Part shown: piece by piece, positions 35,845 through 45,684 of the stretch
How positions within the stretch are numbered: the first letter of the stretch is position 1
Layout of the letters: each line of letters opens with the position of its first letter
Position numbers and translations under genes: made by a program
The notes under the pieces: model-generated
The model's database searches: none
Told to the model about the DNA's origin: nothing
What the model saw: only the letters and a program-made list of their open reading frames with translations
DNA from: an uncultured delta proteobacterium
GTDB taxonomy: Bacteria; Desulfobacterota; Binatia; Binatales; Binataceae
NCBI GenBank assembly: GCA_963721485.1
Contig: CAVRJV010000014.1
Coordinates: forward strand, 139,134-203,133
Direction of reading: 5' to 3'
DNA length: 64,000 bases

Positions 35845-36655
35845 ATGCCTGCGCTGATTTTCGAAAAACGCGAATCACGTCGCTTATCTCACACTCAACC
35901 GGCCCGAGGTTCACAATTCGCTGAATCCCGAAATGCTCGTGAGCCTCGCGGCGGCGTGGAAGGAGATCGATGAGCGACGACGCGGTTCGCGCGACGATCG
36001 TGACGGGCGCGGGCAAGGTCGCGTTCTCGGCCGGCGCCGATCTCGGGCAGTTGATTCCGCTGTTCACCGGCGCGCGCAAGCCCGAGGACGAATGGGACAG
36101 CAAGCTGCTCGCGGACCGCAAGCTCGGCGATATCGCGCTGCTGCGCGGCTACGACATGGACAAGCCGGTGATTTCGGCGGTCAACGGATTTTGCATCGCG
36201 GGCGGAATGGAATTCATCCAGGGCACCGATCTTCGCGTCGCGTCGGAGAACGCGAGCTTCGGCTTGCAGGAAGTGAAGTGGGCGATCATCCCGGCGGCCG
36301 GATCGCTGGCGCGACTTCAGCGGCAGATTCCGTACTGCAAGGCGATGGAGATTCTGCTGACGGGCAACCGCATCGACGCGCAGGAGGCGTGGCGGCTCGG
36401 GACTCGTCAACTACGTCGTGCCGCAGGAGAAGCTGATCGCGAAGGCGGAAGAACTTGGCGGCGACGATCGCGCAGAACGGACCGCTGGCGGTGCGCAAGA
36501 TCAAGGAAGCGGTGCGGCGAACGTCGGGGCGTCCGTACGAAGAGGCGTTCAAGATCGAAAACGAAATCGCGCGCGAGGTGATGAAGTCCGAGGACGCGAA
36601 GGAAGGTCCGCGCTCGTTCATGGAGAAGCGCAAGCCCAACTACAAAGGCCGATAG
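35845..36655 (+). CDS. enoyl-CoA hydratase/isomerase (crotonase) family; frameshifted
   Basis: AAGGAG lies 8 nt upstream of ATG 35845. ORF 35970-36581 gives IVTGAGKVAFSAGADL and ISAVNGFCIAGGMEF. ORF 36455-36655 gives the C-terminus EGPRSFMEKRKPNYKGR. Confidence 0.8.
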
Positions 36656-36658
36656 CGA

Positions 36659-37672
36659 TCAAGCTCCGGCGAGCGCGCGCATCGTGTTGGGATAGTCGCG
36701 CGACGTAGTGGCGGCGGGGCCGATCGGAAAGACCACGGGATGCGTGACGCCGGCGGCGCGGAAGCGCGCGACGAAATCGCGCCCTGCCTGCGCATTTCCG
36801 AACACTGCGATCTTGCGGCACGATGCTTCCGAGATGGCTCTGGGAGCCTCGTCGCGCTTGCCTTCCTTCCACAGCCGGCGCACCTCGTCGAACTCGGCGG
36901 CGAGTCCGTAGCGCGCGAACATCTTGTTGTAGCTGTCGACGAATGCGTAGCCGCCAGCTCGCGCCGGAACGAATCGACCGCTTTCGCTTCGTCTTCGGTG
37001 ATGCACATGCGGATGTAGATGCCGACGTCGACGGCGGACGGGTCGCGCCCCGCGGCTTTGGCGCCCTCGGCGATGTGCTGCACCATCTGCGGGATCGCCT
37101 CGGGCGGCGAGTAGTTCATCAGGACGCCGTCGGCGACTTCGCCGGCGAGGCGCAGCATCGGCGCGTTGAGGCCGGCGAGATAAATTTTCGGCGGACGCGG
37201 CGCCGTGATGCGCATGCTCAGCTTGAAGTCGGACTTGTACACCTCGCCCTGGAACTTCGAGCGGCCCTCGGTGAACAGCTGGCGCATGATGGTGACGCAT
37301 TCGCGCATCGCGGTTACCGGCTTGCGATACGACGCGCCGTGCCATCGCTCGACGATGATCGGACTCGATACGCCGAGCCCCGCGATGGCGCGGCCGCCCG
37401 ACAGTTCGTTGATGGTGAGGAATCCCATCGCCATCGCGCCCGGCGTGCGAATCTGCATCGGGATGACGCCGGTCGCGAGTTCGGCTTTGCGGGTGTTGAC
37501 CGCGAGCGCGGCGAGACTGACGAACGCGTCGGGGCCGCTGACTTCGGCGATCCACAGACGAAGTGTAGCCGAGGTCCTCGGCCTCGCGGATGAGTGCGAG
37601 GCGGGCGGGGAGAGCGTCGTCGCCGACGCCGACGTTGGTTTGAAGTCCGAGCTTTTGGGCTGATGGCATCAT
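36659..37672 (-). CDS. LLM-class (luciferase-like) flavin/F420-dependent oxidoreductase; frameshifted
   Basis: ORF 36659-37672 gives the N-terminus MMPSAQKLGLQTNVGVGDDALPARLALIREAEDLGYTS. ORF 36640-37458 gives the core (GRAIAGLGVSSPIIVERWHG...YLAGLNAPMLRLAGEVADGVLMN). Confidence 0.7.
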   Translation of the reverse strand: MMPSAQKLGLQTNVGVGDDALPARLALIREAEDLGYTSSVDRRSQRPRRVRQSRRARGQHPQSRTRDRRHPDADSHAGRDGDGIPHHQRTVGRPRHRGARRIESDHRRAMARRVVSQAGNRDARMRHHHAPAVHRGPLEVPGRGVQVRLQAEHAHHGAASAENLSRRPQRADAAPRRRSRRRRPDELLAARGDPADGAAHRRGRQSRGARPVRRRRRHLHPHVHHRRRSESGRFVPARAGGYAFVDSYNKMFARYGLAAEFDEVRRLWKEGKRDEAPRAISEASCRKIAVFGNAQAGRDFVARFRAAGVTHPVVFPIGPAATTSRDYPNTMRALAGA

Positions 37673-37902
37673 AAACTCTGCTAGTGGTTCCAGTCAGTTT
37701 GACGAGATTCCTACCATAGGTTGTGGTCAAGGGAGGATCGATCCACCAGGGGTCGTTTCGTTCCGTAAATAATGTGCTTGCAACAATGCGGTGGCCGCCG
37801 GTTCTTCGGATCGAGGAGCTAACGTCTCGGAGGGTCCCATAGCTTAGGAGTAGCACGTCAAATCGGGTTGGGTAAGGCTGAAAAGTTCATCCCCCCGAAG
37901 GT

Positions 37903-38008
37903 GCGCTGCGCGATTTCGGAGACCGGAACCGGCTTCGGTTGCGCGAAGCTGTGCGAGGTCCTTCCTCCCGTCGCTATCGCTCCGGTCGTCAGGATGAGAC
38001 AAGAGAGG
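37903..38008 (+). repeat. intergenic repeat family A, copy 1 (about 105 bp, internal hairpin ggcttcgGTTGCGcgaagc)
   Basis: Copies 1 and 2 are about 87-90% identical; copy 3 at 62297-62400 is roughly 80% identical. All three are in the same orientation. Indels between copies break any reading frame, so the element is non-coding. Confidence 0.8.
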
Positions 38009-38104
38009 GAAGAGCTGTCAGTTCATTTCGAATTTGAGTTGCGCAGAGTGGGCGGGTATTCGATTATGGCTGCGAGAAGAAAGCGAGACAGGGAGCGGTG
38101 AACG

Positions 38105-38865
38105 ATGGCTTACTTTGATTCCGACGGCGTGCAGATTTATTTCGAGGAACATGGTACGGGCGAGCCGGTCGTGCTGGTGCATGGGTTTGCGTCGCGCGCG
38201 GAGCATAACTGGGGTCTGACGAGTGGTACACCGCGCTCGCACCGCACTATCGCGTCATCGCGCTTGATTGTCGCGGTCATGGCAAGAGCGGCAAGCCGCA
38301 CGATGCGGGGGCATACGGCGGCGAGACGATGGGCGACGACGTCATTCGGCTCATGGACCATCTCGGAATCAGGCGGACGTTGATCATGGGCTACTCGATG
38401 GGCGGGCGAATCGTGACGGGACTGCTGATGCATCATCCGGAGCGTCTGTGCGCGGCAGTGCTTGGCGGAATCGGGGCGGCAACTGCGACAGAGCCGTCAT
38501 TCGATCGCAAGCCGATCGTCGATGCGTTGCTCGCAGAGAGCGATGCAGGCGTTAAGGAGCAGCGCGAACGGGAATTTCGCCAGTTTGCGGAGGCTGCCGG
38601 CAACGACCTGAAGGCGTTGGCGGCGTGCATGGGATCGAATCGCGAAGATTTCACAGCGGAACAGATTGCCGCGCAGAAGATTCGCGTGCCTGTGATGATC
38701 GTGATCGGGACGAAGGATCTGCTGGTCGGCAATCCCAAGCTGCTGCACGACGCGATTCCCGGCAGCAAGCTGGTGATGCTTGAGGGACGCGATCATCTGA
38801 ACGCTCCCGGCGACCATCGCTACAAGGAAGCGGTGTTGGAGTTTTTCAAATCGGCGCCAGCGTAA
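38105..38865 (+). CDS. alpha/beta-fold hydrolase; one frameshift near 38225
   Basis: VVLVHGFASRA is followed by the nucleophile elbow MGYSMGG and a C-terminal His region (GRDHLNAPGDH) in ORFs 38105-38383 and 38329-38865. Confidence 0.8.
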
Positions 38866-38879
38866 TAATTTGAGATCGA

Positions 38880-39302
38880 TCAGATATCAGATGCGCGGGT
38901 GAAGTCGGCGGCCGGCCGGTTCAACCATCTGAAGATCCGCATTACGCCGGGGAACACGACTCGTTTTCCTTTCGACAGGTGTATCAGGCTCGCGACGTTT
39001 GTGCCGATTTCCTTTGCGACCTCGGGCCATGTGATTTCTCTCTCGAGGCGGCGAGCGTCGAGCGCCGCATAGATCTTCTTCGCGTCGAATCGTAGAACCT
39101 TGCCGGGGGGAACGTCCGGCAGGCGCGCATCGATCTGTTCCGACTCGCGGTAGCCCGGCATGAAACTCTCCGGCGTGCGATTCAGCCATCGGAGCATCGC
39201 GAGCACGCCGTCACCCTCGGCGGCTGACCTGGTGCGGGTGCCCGTCATCGTAGATGCGCTGAGGCGACGAGCGGTGGCAGGGCGCTGGTGCATCTGATGC
39301 AT
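38880..39302 (-). CDS. hypothetical protein with an internal tandem duplication of an approximately 45-aa module
   Basis: ORF 38880-39539 contains RLRTLYNALDAQRRARGLSWSGVTREM and KKIYAALDARRLEREITWPEVAKEIG, each followed by ...LRWLNRTP / ...FRWLNRP. The upstream part overlaps repeat A copy 2 and is unlikely to be coding. The start is uncertain. Confidence 0.35.
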   Translation of the reverse strand: MHQMHQRPATARRLSASTMTGTRTRSAAEGDGVLAMLRWLNRTPESFMPGYRESEQIDARLPDVPPGKVLRFDAKKIYAALDARRLEREITWPEVAKEIGTNVASLIHLSKGKRVVFPGVMRIFRWLNRPAADFTRASDI

Positions 39303-39431
39303 TTCTCTCGTAACTCCCGACCACGAGAGTCCGCGCGCTCGGCGCTGCGCGTCGAGCGCGTTATAGAGAGTGCGAAGACGGAAGTCGTTCGATGACGCCA
39401 CGGTTGTTATCTCGGGACCGATTCTAGAAGA

Positions 39432-39536
39432 GCGCTGCGCGATTTCAAAACCGGTACCGGCTTCGCTTGCGCGAAGCTGTCCGAGGTCCTTCCTCCCGTC
39501 GCTAACGCTCCCGTCGTCAGGATGACACGAGAGTCG
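39432..39536 (+). repeat. intergenic repeat family A, copy 2
   Basis: See copy 1. Copy 2 lies between the hypothetical gene and the gspN stop. Confidence 0.8.
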
Positions 39537-39551
39537 CATTTCTCGCGTCGT

Positions 39552-40382
39552 TCAGCTGATTCGGGGGGCGGTTAGGGTGCCGGTCAGGTGGTAGGGTTGG
39601 GGGCCCGGGGGGTGGGGCAGGGTTGAGAGGAGCATTCCTAGTTGGGCGGAGGCGGCGGGAGTCGTCGATAGGGTGAACTGGATTGCGAGCGCACTTTCGC
39701 CAGGATCGGGCGCTAGTTGGATTGTTCCCTCAGCGGTCAACGTCAAGTCGCCGCCGCTCGTCTTGAATTCCTCGATCGTTAGCGTGCCTTGATCCAGTTT
39801 GAATTTTGAATGGCCCTGGCCGAGACGGATTGGCGACGATGCCAGCGGCGACACCAGCGTCAAGCCGGCGGCGCTCAGGTCGCCGCCGCCGCTTTCCGCG
39901 ATGTCATCGGAAGAGAGCAAGAGACTGCCGCTGCCGGAGAGTCTGCCCGACGCGTCGGCGCCGGGAATCGCGACGAAGTGCTGACGCGCGATATCCACCG
40001 AGTTGAGGTCGTAGCTGATTGCGGTGCCGCCGCTGCTGGGACGGAGCATGACGTTGACGATGCCGTCGAAGAGCGCGGCCTTCACGCGGACGCCCGGATG
40101 CATCGAGAGCATCGAGAGAAACGCAGGCGCGATCGTTACGGTTGGGCTCTCGACGATCAGCCCGGGGGAGGCGGGACGCGTGGAGATCAGGCGCACTTCG
40201 GAAAGCCGCGCGCCGAAGGGGAAGCTCGCGCTCTGACTCGTGCTCGAGACCTCGAGGCCCATCGGCGCGAGCAGTTTCGACAGAGTGGCGGAGTAGGGGA
40301 AGGTGGAAATCAGGTACGCGGCGAACAGCGTGAGGCCGACCACCGCGTAGCCGACGCGCACGAGAGCCGGTCGCCGCAGCAT
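39552..40382 (-). CDS. gspN: type II secretion system protein N
   Basis: It is the last gene of the gsp operon. The N-terminus MLRRPALVRVGYAVVGLTLFAAYLIS is a signal anchor, followed by a periplasmic domain. Both size (about 276 aa) and position match GspN. Confidence 0.65.
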   Translation of the reverse strand: MLRRPALVRVGYAVVGLTLFAAYLISTFPYSATLSKLLAPMGLEVSSTSQSASFPFGARLSEVRLISTRPASPGLIVESPTVTIAPAFLSMLSMHPGVRVKAALFDGIVNVMLRPSSGGTAISYDLNSVDIARQHFVAIPGADASGRLSGSGSLLLSSDDIAESGGGDLSAAGLTLVSPLASSPIRLGQGHSKFKLDQGTLTIEEFKTSGGDLTLTAEGTIQLAPDPGESALAIQFTLSTTPAASAQLGMLLSTLPHPPGPQPYHLTGTLTAPRIS

Positions 40383-40404
40383 GGCGGAGACGCCGCCGTT
40401 TAAA

Positions 40405-41049
40405 TCAGGTGTTCTTGGCGAGCGCGACACAGGTGAGGTCAACGTCATACGAATGCGTGTCCTGGGTGCGGCGCTGGATGCGGATATTCGATACGCCAAT
40501 CGGCATCGAGAGCGAATTGATGCCGTAGAGGGCGTCAACCAACTGCGCGAGATTCACGTTGTCGAGCTTCAACTGCACGCTGTACTCGGTGAAGCCGTCG
40601 CTGAGCTTGCGATCGGAGCCGGGCGTGATCGAGCCGATCTTCTCGCGTCCGACGCTCTTGGTCATCGACGCTTCGACGACCGAGAACAGCGAGAAATCCT
40701 TGCCCATCGGCACCGTGCGACGCTCGGCGTTGGCGAGGTCGCCCTTGAGCTGCGCATAGGTGGCGGCGAGACGGCGAACCTGCGCGAGATCGTTCTGCCG
40801 CTGGGCAATCTTCGCGTCGAGCCCCGAGCTGAGGTCGACGATCGGCGTATAGACAAGATTGTAGATGAGAAAAACGCCGACCAGGCCGGCGGCGATTTGC
40901 ACCAGGATGCGTTCGCGCGGCTCGAGTTTCTGATAGCGGCTGCGCGCCTGCGCGAGATAGGGATCGATGCGGACAGCCGCCTGCTTAAGCCACGGCCGAA
41001 GCAGGTCCATCACTCGTGCGCGCAAATTGTCGATCCATTCTCTAAGCAT
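40405..41049 (-). CDS. gspM: type II secretion system protein M
   Basis: The ORF is intact at 214 aa. It has an N-terminal TM helix (ILVQIAAGLVGVFLIYNLVYTPI) and sits between gspL and gspN. Confidence 0.75.
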   Translation of the reverse strand: MLREWIDNLRARVMDLLRPWLKQAAVRIDPYLAQARSRYQKLEPRERILVQIAAGLVGVFLIYNLVYTPIVDLSSGLDAKIAQRQNDLAQVRRLAATYAQLKGDLANAERRTVPMGKDFSLFSVVEASMTKSVGREKIGSITPGSDRKLSDGFTEYSVQLKLDNVNLAQLVDALYGINSLSMPIGVSNIRIQRRTQDTHSYDVDLTCVALAKNT

Positions 41050-41054
41050 GGCAG

Positions 41055-42564
41055 CTATTCGTCACGACCGTCCGACGGTAAGTCACGATCGGCGGCCGGC
41101 GCCGCGTCCTTGAAGTCGGCGTCCATCCGAAAATCCACTTTGCTCGGATCGGAGCCGGCCTTGGCATGGGCGACTTCGATCGAGCCGAAGAAGCCGCTCT
41201 GGTCGAGCGCGCGTTTCGCCTGATCGACGGTCGCGAACGAATCGGCCTGGCCGGTCACGCGAAGTCCCTGCGAATCGATCTGAACGTCGGCCATCTGCAC
41301 CGGGAATCGCGGCGGCAATGCGCGCGAGACCGCGACCAGAGTGTCGAGCGGCGAGTGAGTCAGGTTGCCGCCGATCAGATTAAGCCGCTTGTTCATCTTC
41401 GACGATTCCGAGTCTGCAACTGTTCCTTGGCGTTGGCCGGGTCGGTTTCGCCCAGCACCGGCCCGGCGACAGCGCGGCGATTTGCGCGTTGACCTGGCTG
41501 AGCCGATGGAGATTGGCGGACACACCCAGCGCGAAGTGAAAAACGATCACGGCGCACCAGCGCCGCGGCGAGAATCCCCGAAGTGTAGAACGGGCTGAGG
41601 TCGCCGCGGATGCGCCCGCGGAACATGAACTCGCCCTGGCGGAAATTGATCAGTTCGAGCCGGCTCGGCCGGCAACTCGCCGAGCAGCATCGCGACACAC
41701 GACGAATACTTGCCGGTGTTCGGCACCGAGCCTTCGAAGAGGCCGGTGTAGTCGAAGGCGCCGCCGTCGCGCACCGACATGGCGAGCGAATCGGACAGCA
41801 GGCCGCGCACCTTGGGATACGCCGCCGCCGCGCCTGCGACGATCACCTCGGTCTGTTCGGTCTCCTCGCCATGTGCGAGCAGGGTCTGACGCACCGAGTT
41901 GAGAATCGGCGTCGCCGCATCCTGCGAGACCGCCGAGCCGTCCGACATCATCAGCCCGCCGCTGCATCGAGCGCAGCGCGCGCGGCGTGCCGTCCGGATC
42001 GACCAGCACCACCGAGGTGGAGCCCTCGTCGCCTTCGACCACCAGGTGCGCCACCGGCTTGTCGCCGTTGCCGTTGCTTCGCGCGCGTGAACATGGCGGC
42101 CAGCGCGAGCGGCGCCAGCGTGACAATCTTGGGATCGAGTCCCGCCTTCTGCAGCAAATCGAGATGGTGCTGGAGGTCGGCCTTGCGCACCATCGCGGCC
42201 ATGACCAGCGTGTGCTCGCCCTCGCGCCCGACCCGGGTGAACGCGACGGTGCCATTGTCGACCGGGAACGGGCAGATGCTCTTCCAGCGCGAACGGCACC
42301 ACCTGATGCAGCCGGCGCGCATCCTTGAACGGCAGATCGAGCAGGCGCTTGACGACGAGATCGCGCGGGCAGCGCCGAGATCACGATGTCGGGCTGGCCG
42401 GCCTCGGCGACCAGCCGCGAGAGCGCGCCGCGAGGTCGGCTTCGTCGTCGGCGCGCACCTTGTCGAACACGCCGGCCAGCGTGAACGAATTCCACGATGC
42501 GCTCCGCGACTGCCGCGCGCACGCGGTCGCCGGCGAATTCCAGCGCAAGTATTCGTTGAGCCAT
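41055..42564 (-). CDS. gspL: type II secretion system protein L; frameshifted
   Basis: A cytoplasmic actin-like domain (VVPFALEEHLPFPVDNGTVAFTRVGREGEHTLVMAAMVRKADLQHHLDLLQKAGLDP) lies in ORFs 41951-42322 and 41547-42302. A TM segment follows, and the periplasmic C-terminus (ORF 41055-41525) ends ...FKDAAPAADRDLPSDGRDE*. Confidence 0.7.
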
Positions 42565-42579
42565 CAGCCGCCTTGCCCC

Positions 42580-43528
42580 TTAATCTTCATGCCACGCCGC
42601 GAGCGTGCCGATGCCGTTGGACTCGCGATGGAACGTTGCGGTAATAATTTTGCGCGCGCCCGCAAACGTACCCGTGCCGGTAATCGTGAAGAACTGGCTG
42701 CGCATGACCACGTCCTTCGACAGGAGCCTGCGCGACGTCGGCCGAGATCGGGAAGGTTCATGATGTCGGTGACCTGGGCGAACGGCCGAATCGCGCGGGC
42801 ATCGAGAATCTCCAGCACGAGCTTTTGATCCTCCGTCAACTGCGGCTCGAGCGCTGCCAGCACTTGCGGCGACGCGGTGTTGGCGTTCACCTCCGGCTCG
42901 GGCATTACCGTCAGGAACGGACTGACGCGGTTGAAAATCGCCTCGTTGAATCCCTGGACCATCTGCAAGTCGCCGATCGTCGGCATCGGTCCATAACGCG
43001 GCTAATACGGCGGCCTCAATCCCATGTAGTAGTCGCCGACGCTGCTGTTCTGCGAGTTGCCGTTCGGCGTTATCCAATCGACGATACCCTGAACGAGGTC
43101 GACATTCACGTTGAGAATCGTGAAGAGCCGCTGCACCTTCATTATCGCGGCCTGGTTGGGGACACCGTTCTGGACCATCGCGTTAATTGGCATCTTGCGC
43201 GCTTCGTCGACGATCGACAACGAGACAGTGCCGCCCTCGAGCTGTATCGGCGGAAACGGCGTCGCCCATGCCTCGACCGAGGTTGTCGGTCGGGGTTTGC
43301 GACAGGAGATCGTTGCGCGCGTCGGCCGCGAGCAAGCCGAGACCGATACCGATTGCCGAGCGCGACGAGGTAGCTGGCGCGCAGCTCGTTGGCCTGGTTC
43401 GCCGCCGACACGAAGCCGAGTCCCGAGGTCATCGCGAAGTCCACGACGATCAGCGTCATCAGCGCGATTCCCAGCAGGACCGCCAGCAGCGCGACGCCGC
43501 GCTCATTTTTGCGCAGCTGCTTTACCAT
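42580..43528 (-). CDS. gspK: type II secretion system minor pseudopilin K; frameshifted
   Basis: The N-terminus MVKQLRKNERGVALLAVLLGIALMTLIVVDFAMTS has its ATG at 43526-43528. The C-terminal parts are in ORFs 43002-43220, 42564-42986 and 42580-43077. Confidence 0.7.
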
Positions 43529-44193
43529 TGCTGTATCGCCATCGGCAGCGTGACTTGCGTCGCAAAGTCCATCACGTGTCCGCCCGGCGCGGCCATCTGA
43601 ATTTGGATCGCCACCGCTACCGGCAACTGGCGTCCCCGCGGCAGACTCGACGAATCCCAGCTCTCGCCCCATTTTTGGCCGTCGAAATAGCGGATATGCA
43701 TCGACAGCACATTGTCCGCCAGCACCGTCGACCTGCGGGTTGACCGAATTCGTCAGCAACCCGCTTTGCTGCGATCGCTGGCAGCAGGTACCAGCCCTGC
43801 TGATTGGGATTCGGCACCAAGTTGTAGGTGACTATCGTCTCGGGCGTCATCCCGGTGATCGCGCTGGCGATGCCCGCCGCTGAAGGTCGACAGCGTGACT
43901 GTATCGATCGGCGCGCCATTGCCCATGCGTCCGTTGCCGAGCAGCGCAACATTGCTCGGCGCATACGGGGTCTGGACGGCGTTGCGCAATTCCTTGGCCA
44001 TCTGCCACAGCAGCGAGCGGCCCTCGCGATCGACCATCAGCCGTCCTTCCGCGTGTACCTTGCTATGCGCGATTGTGCTGAACGAACTCGCGAGCATCGT
44101 CAGGATCAGCGCCAGCACGCCGATCGCGAGCATCATCTCGATCAGCGTAAAGCCGCGCGGCGCGCGACGCGTCGTGATAGGGCGCCCGATCAT
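43522..44193 (-). CDS. gspJ: type II secretion system minor pseudopilin J; frameshifted
   Basis: A prepilin-type N-terminus RAPRGFTLIEMMLAIGVLALIL (ATG 44191-44193) is present. The C-terminus lies in ORF 43522-43725. Confidence 0.7.
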
Positions 44194-44258
44194 GGAGTAG
44201 ATCCCGGCGGCAGCTGAGTCGTATCGGGCGGGATCGGCGAATGCATGAACTCCACCAG

Positions 44259-44617
44259 CTAGAAATTCTGCGAAAGCTTGGGACCGTACCGGACCAGAAC
44301 CTCGACCTTGCGCACGTCGGGAAACATCCCCGACGCTTCGACATCCCGTTCCCATCGGAAGTCGGGGAATTCACCGGGGAAGGCCGCTTCGAAGTCGCCG
44401 CTGGTGATGCCGAGATCGGGAATCGCTCGAGCTCCGCTTCGGTCATCACCGCCTGCGCCAGCATCGAGGCGCGGGTCGACTGCTGAGCGCGTATCACGGA
44501 TTGGATACTCTGATGTTGCAGGCCGAGCAGGCCGAGCAGCGCGATACCGAGGATCGCCATCGCGACCATCACCTCGAGCAGGGTAAATGCGCGCGCGCTT
44601 GTGCGAAGCGGATTCAC
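44259..44617 (-). CDS. gspI: type II secretion system minor pseudopilin I; frameshifted
   Basis: The N-terminus MNPLRTSARAFTLLEVMVAMAILGIALLGLLGL is a prepilin N-methylation-type signal. The C-terminus ...VRYGPKLSQNF* is recovered in another frame, with stop at 44259. Confidence 0.7.
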
Positions 44618-45219
44618 TGCGTTCCCTGTGTCATTCCCTGCGGCATTACATCGCCGGCGATAATCGCGACCTGGCCGGTCAATGGCGAAATTTCAAGCGT
44701 CATCACGTCGTCCGACGCGTCTTCGAGATGAATCACGGTCGCATCGACGTAACCTTCGGGGTAGAAGTTGGTCGCGACCACGCCTTTATTGACGGTGCCG
44801 ATTCCTTCGATAGTCACGTCGCGAATGCGAATCGCCGCCGGCAACATTACCGGCTTGCCCGACAGGCTGTTGTCCGGCGCGAAGACGGGCGTAACCGCGT
44901 ACGGATCGAGTTGCGCGGCCGCGTAGCCGTTGTTGTCCAGGTCGAAGATCAGTCGCAGCACCAGCTTGTGGCCCGTGGCCTCGTCGAACATGTAAGTCGC
45001 GCGTCCCGCCATGCGGCGCGCCTGGCTTTTGAGCGCGGCCTCGCGAAATCCGCCCAGGTACGGCAGCGCCAGCGTCAGCATCAACCCCATGATGAAGATA
45101 ACGACCGCGAGCTCGAGCAGCGTGAAGCCCGGCGCGGCGAATTTCGTTGTCCCATCCGGACGCGCGCGCACCGTCGATTTGGCTACACGGCATACTGGCT
45201 CGGCGGGATCCCCTCTCAT
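44614..45219 (-). CDS. gspH: type II secretion system pseudopilin H
   Basis: A prepilin motif (FAAPGFTLLELAVVIFIMGLMLTLALP) is followed by a GspH-like body. The true start is probably an internal GTG/ATG near 45180. Confidence 0.7.
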   Translation of the reverse strand: MRGDPAEPVCRVAKSTVRARPDGTTKFAAPGFTLLELAVVIFIMGLMLTLALPYLGGFREAALKSQARRMAGRATYMFDEATGHKLVLRLIFDLDNNGYAAAQLDPYAVTPVFAPDNSLSGKPVMLPAAIRIRDVTIEGIGTVNKGVVATNFYPEGYVDATVIHLEDASDDVMTLEISPLTGQVAIIAGDVMPQGMTQGTQ

Positions 45220-45232
45220 ACTGCCGTCACGG

Positions 45233-45646
45233 CTATTGGCTGGCGTCTATATCGTCGGAGCTTTCTACCCCGTCGGCGCCGAACGACTTCAGGACGTAAG
45301 AGTTGCCGTCGCTCTGGTAGAAGTAGGGCGTCCCCCAGGGATCCTGCGGCAGGCGCTCGATATAGCCGCCGCTTTCGTAATTGGCCGGCACGCGGCCGTT
45401 GGTCGGCGGCGTCACCAGCGCGTTGAGGCCCTGGTCGGTGGTCGGGTAGTAGCCGTTGTCGAGGTAGTAGCGATCCAGCGCGGTCTTTATTTCGGCGAGG
45501 TCGGCCTGCGCCTTGGTGCGCTTGGCCTTGTCGGCGGCGCCGCGGAGACTTTGCACGACGATCGTCGCGAGCAGACCGAGGATCAGAATAACCACCATGA
45601 TTTCAATCAGGGTAAATCCATCCTGATTGTATCGGCGTGATTTCAT
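45233..45646 (-). CDS. gspG: type II secretion system major pseudopilin G
   Basis: MKSRRYNQDGFTLIEIMVVILILGLLATIVV has its ATG at 45644-45646, with GGAGGT upstream. The conserved body (AKRTKAQADLAEIKTALDRYYLDNGYYPTT...PWGTPYFYQS) follows. Confidence 0.85.
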   Translation of the reverse strand: MKSRRYNQDGFTLIEIMVVILILGLLATIVVQSLRGAADKAKRTKAQADLAEIKTALDRYYLDNGYYPTTDQGLNALVTPPTNGRVPANYESGGYIERLPQDPWGTPYFYQSDGNSYVLKSFGADGVESSDDIDASQ

Positions 45647-45684
45647 CGCCATTACCTCCGGCGCGTTCTTCATCTTTTCACTTC

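Noticed and set aside
37680-37900. Structured-looking 220-nt leader upstream of the alpha/beta hydrolase, considered as a riboswitch or housekeeping ncRNA (RNase P, SRP, tmRNA, 6S)
   Set aside because: None of the conserved cores recalled from memory is present: RNase P (GGAAAGTCCGGGCTCC), SRP domain IV (GGAAGCAGCC) and tmRNA termini. It more likely holds divergent promoters plus the start of repeat A copy 1.
37868-38101. 77-aa ORF overlapping repeat A copy 1 (and a similar ORF start at 62311 over copy 3)
   Set aside because: Its conserved 'peptide' (TGTGFG/ARGE) arises from translating the repeat. The three repeat copies differ by indels that destroy any common frame, so the element is non-coding.
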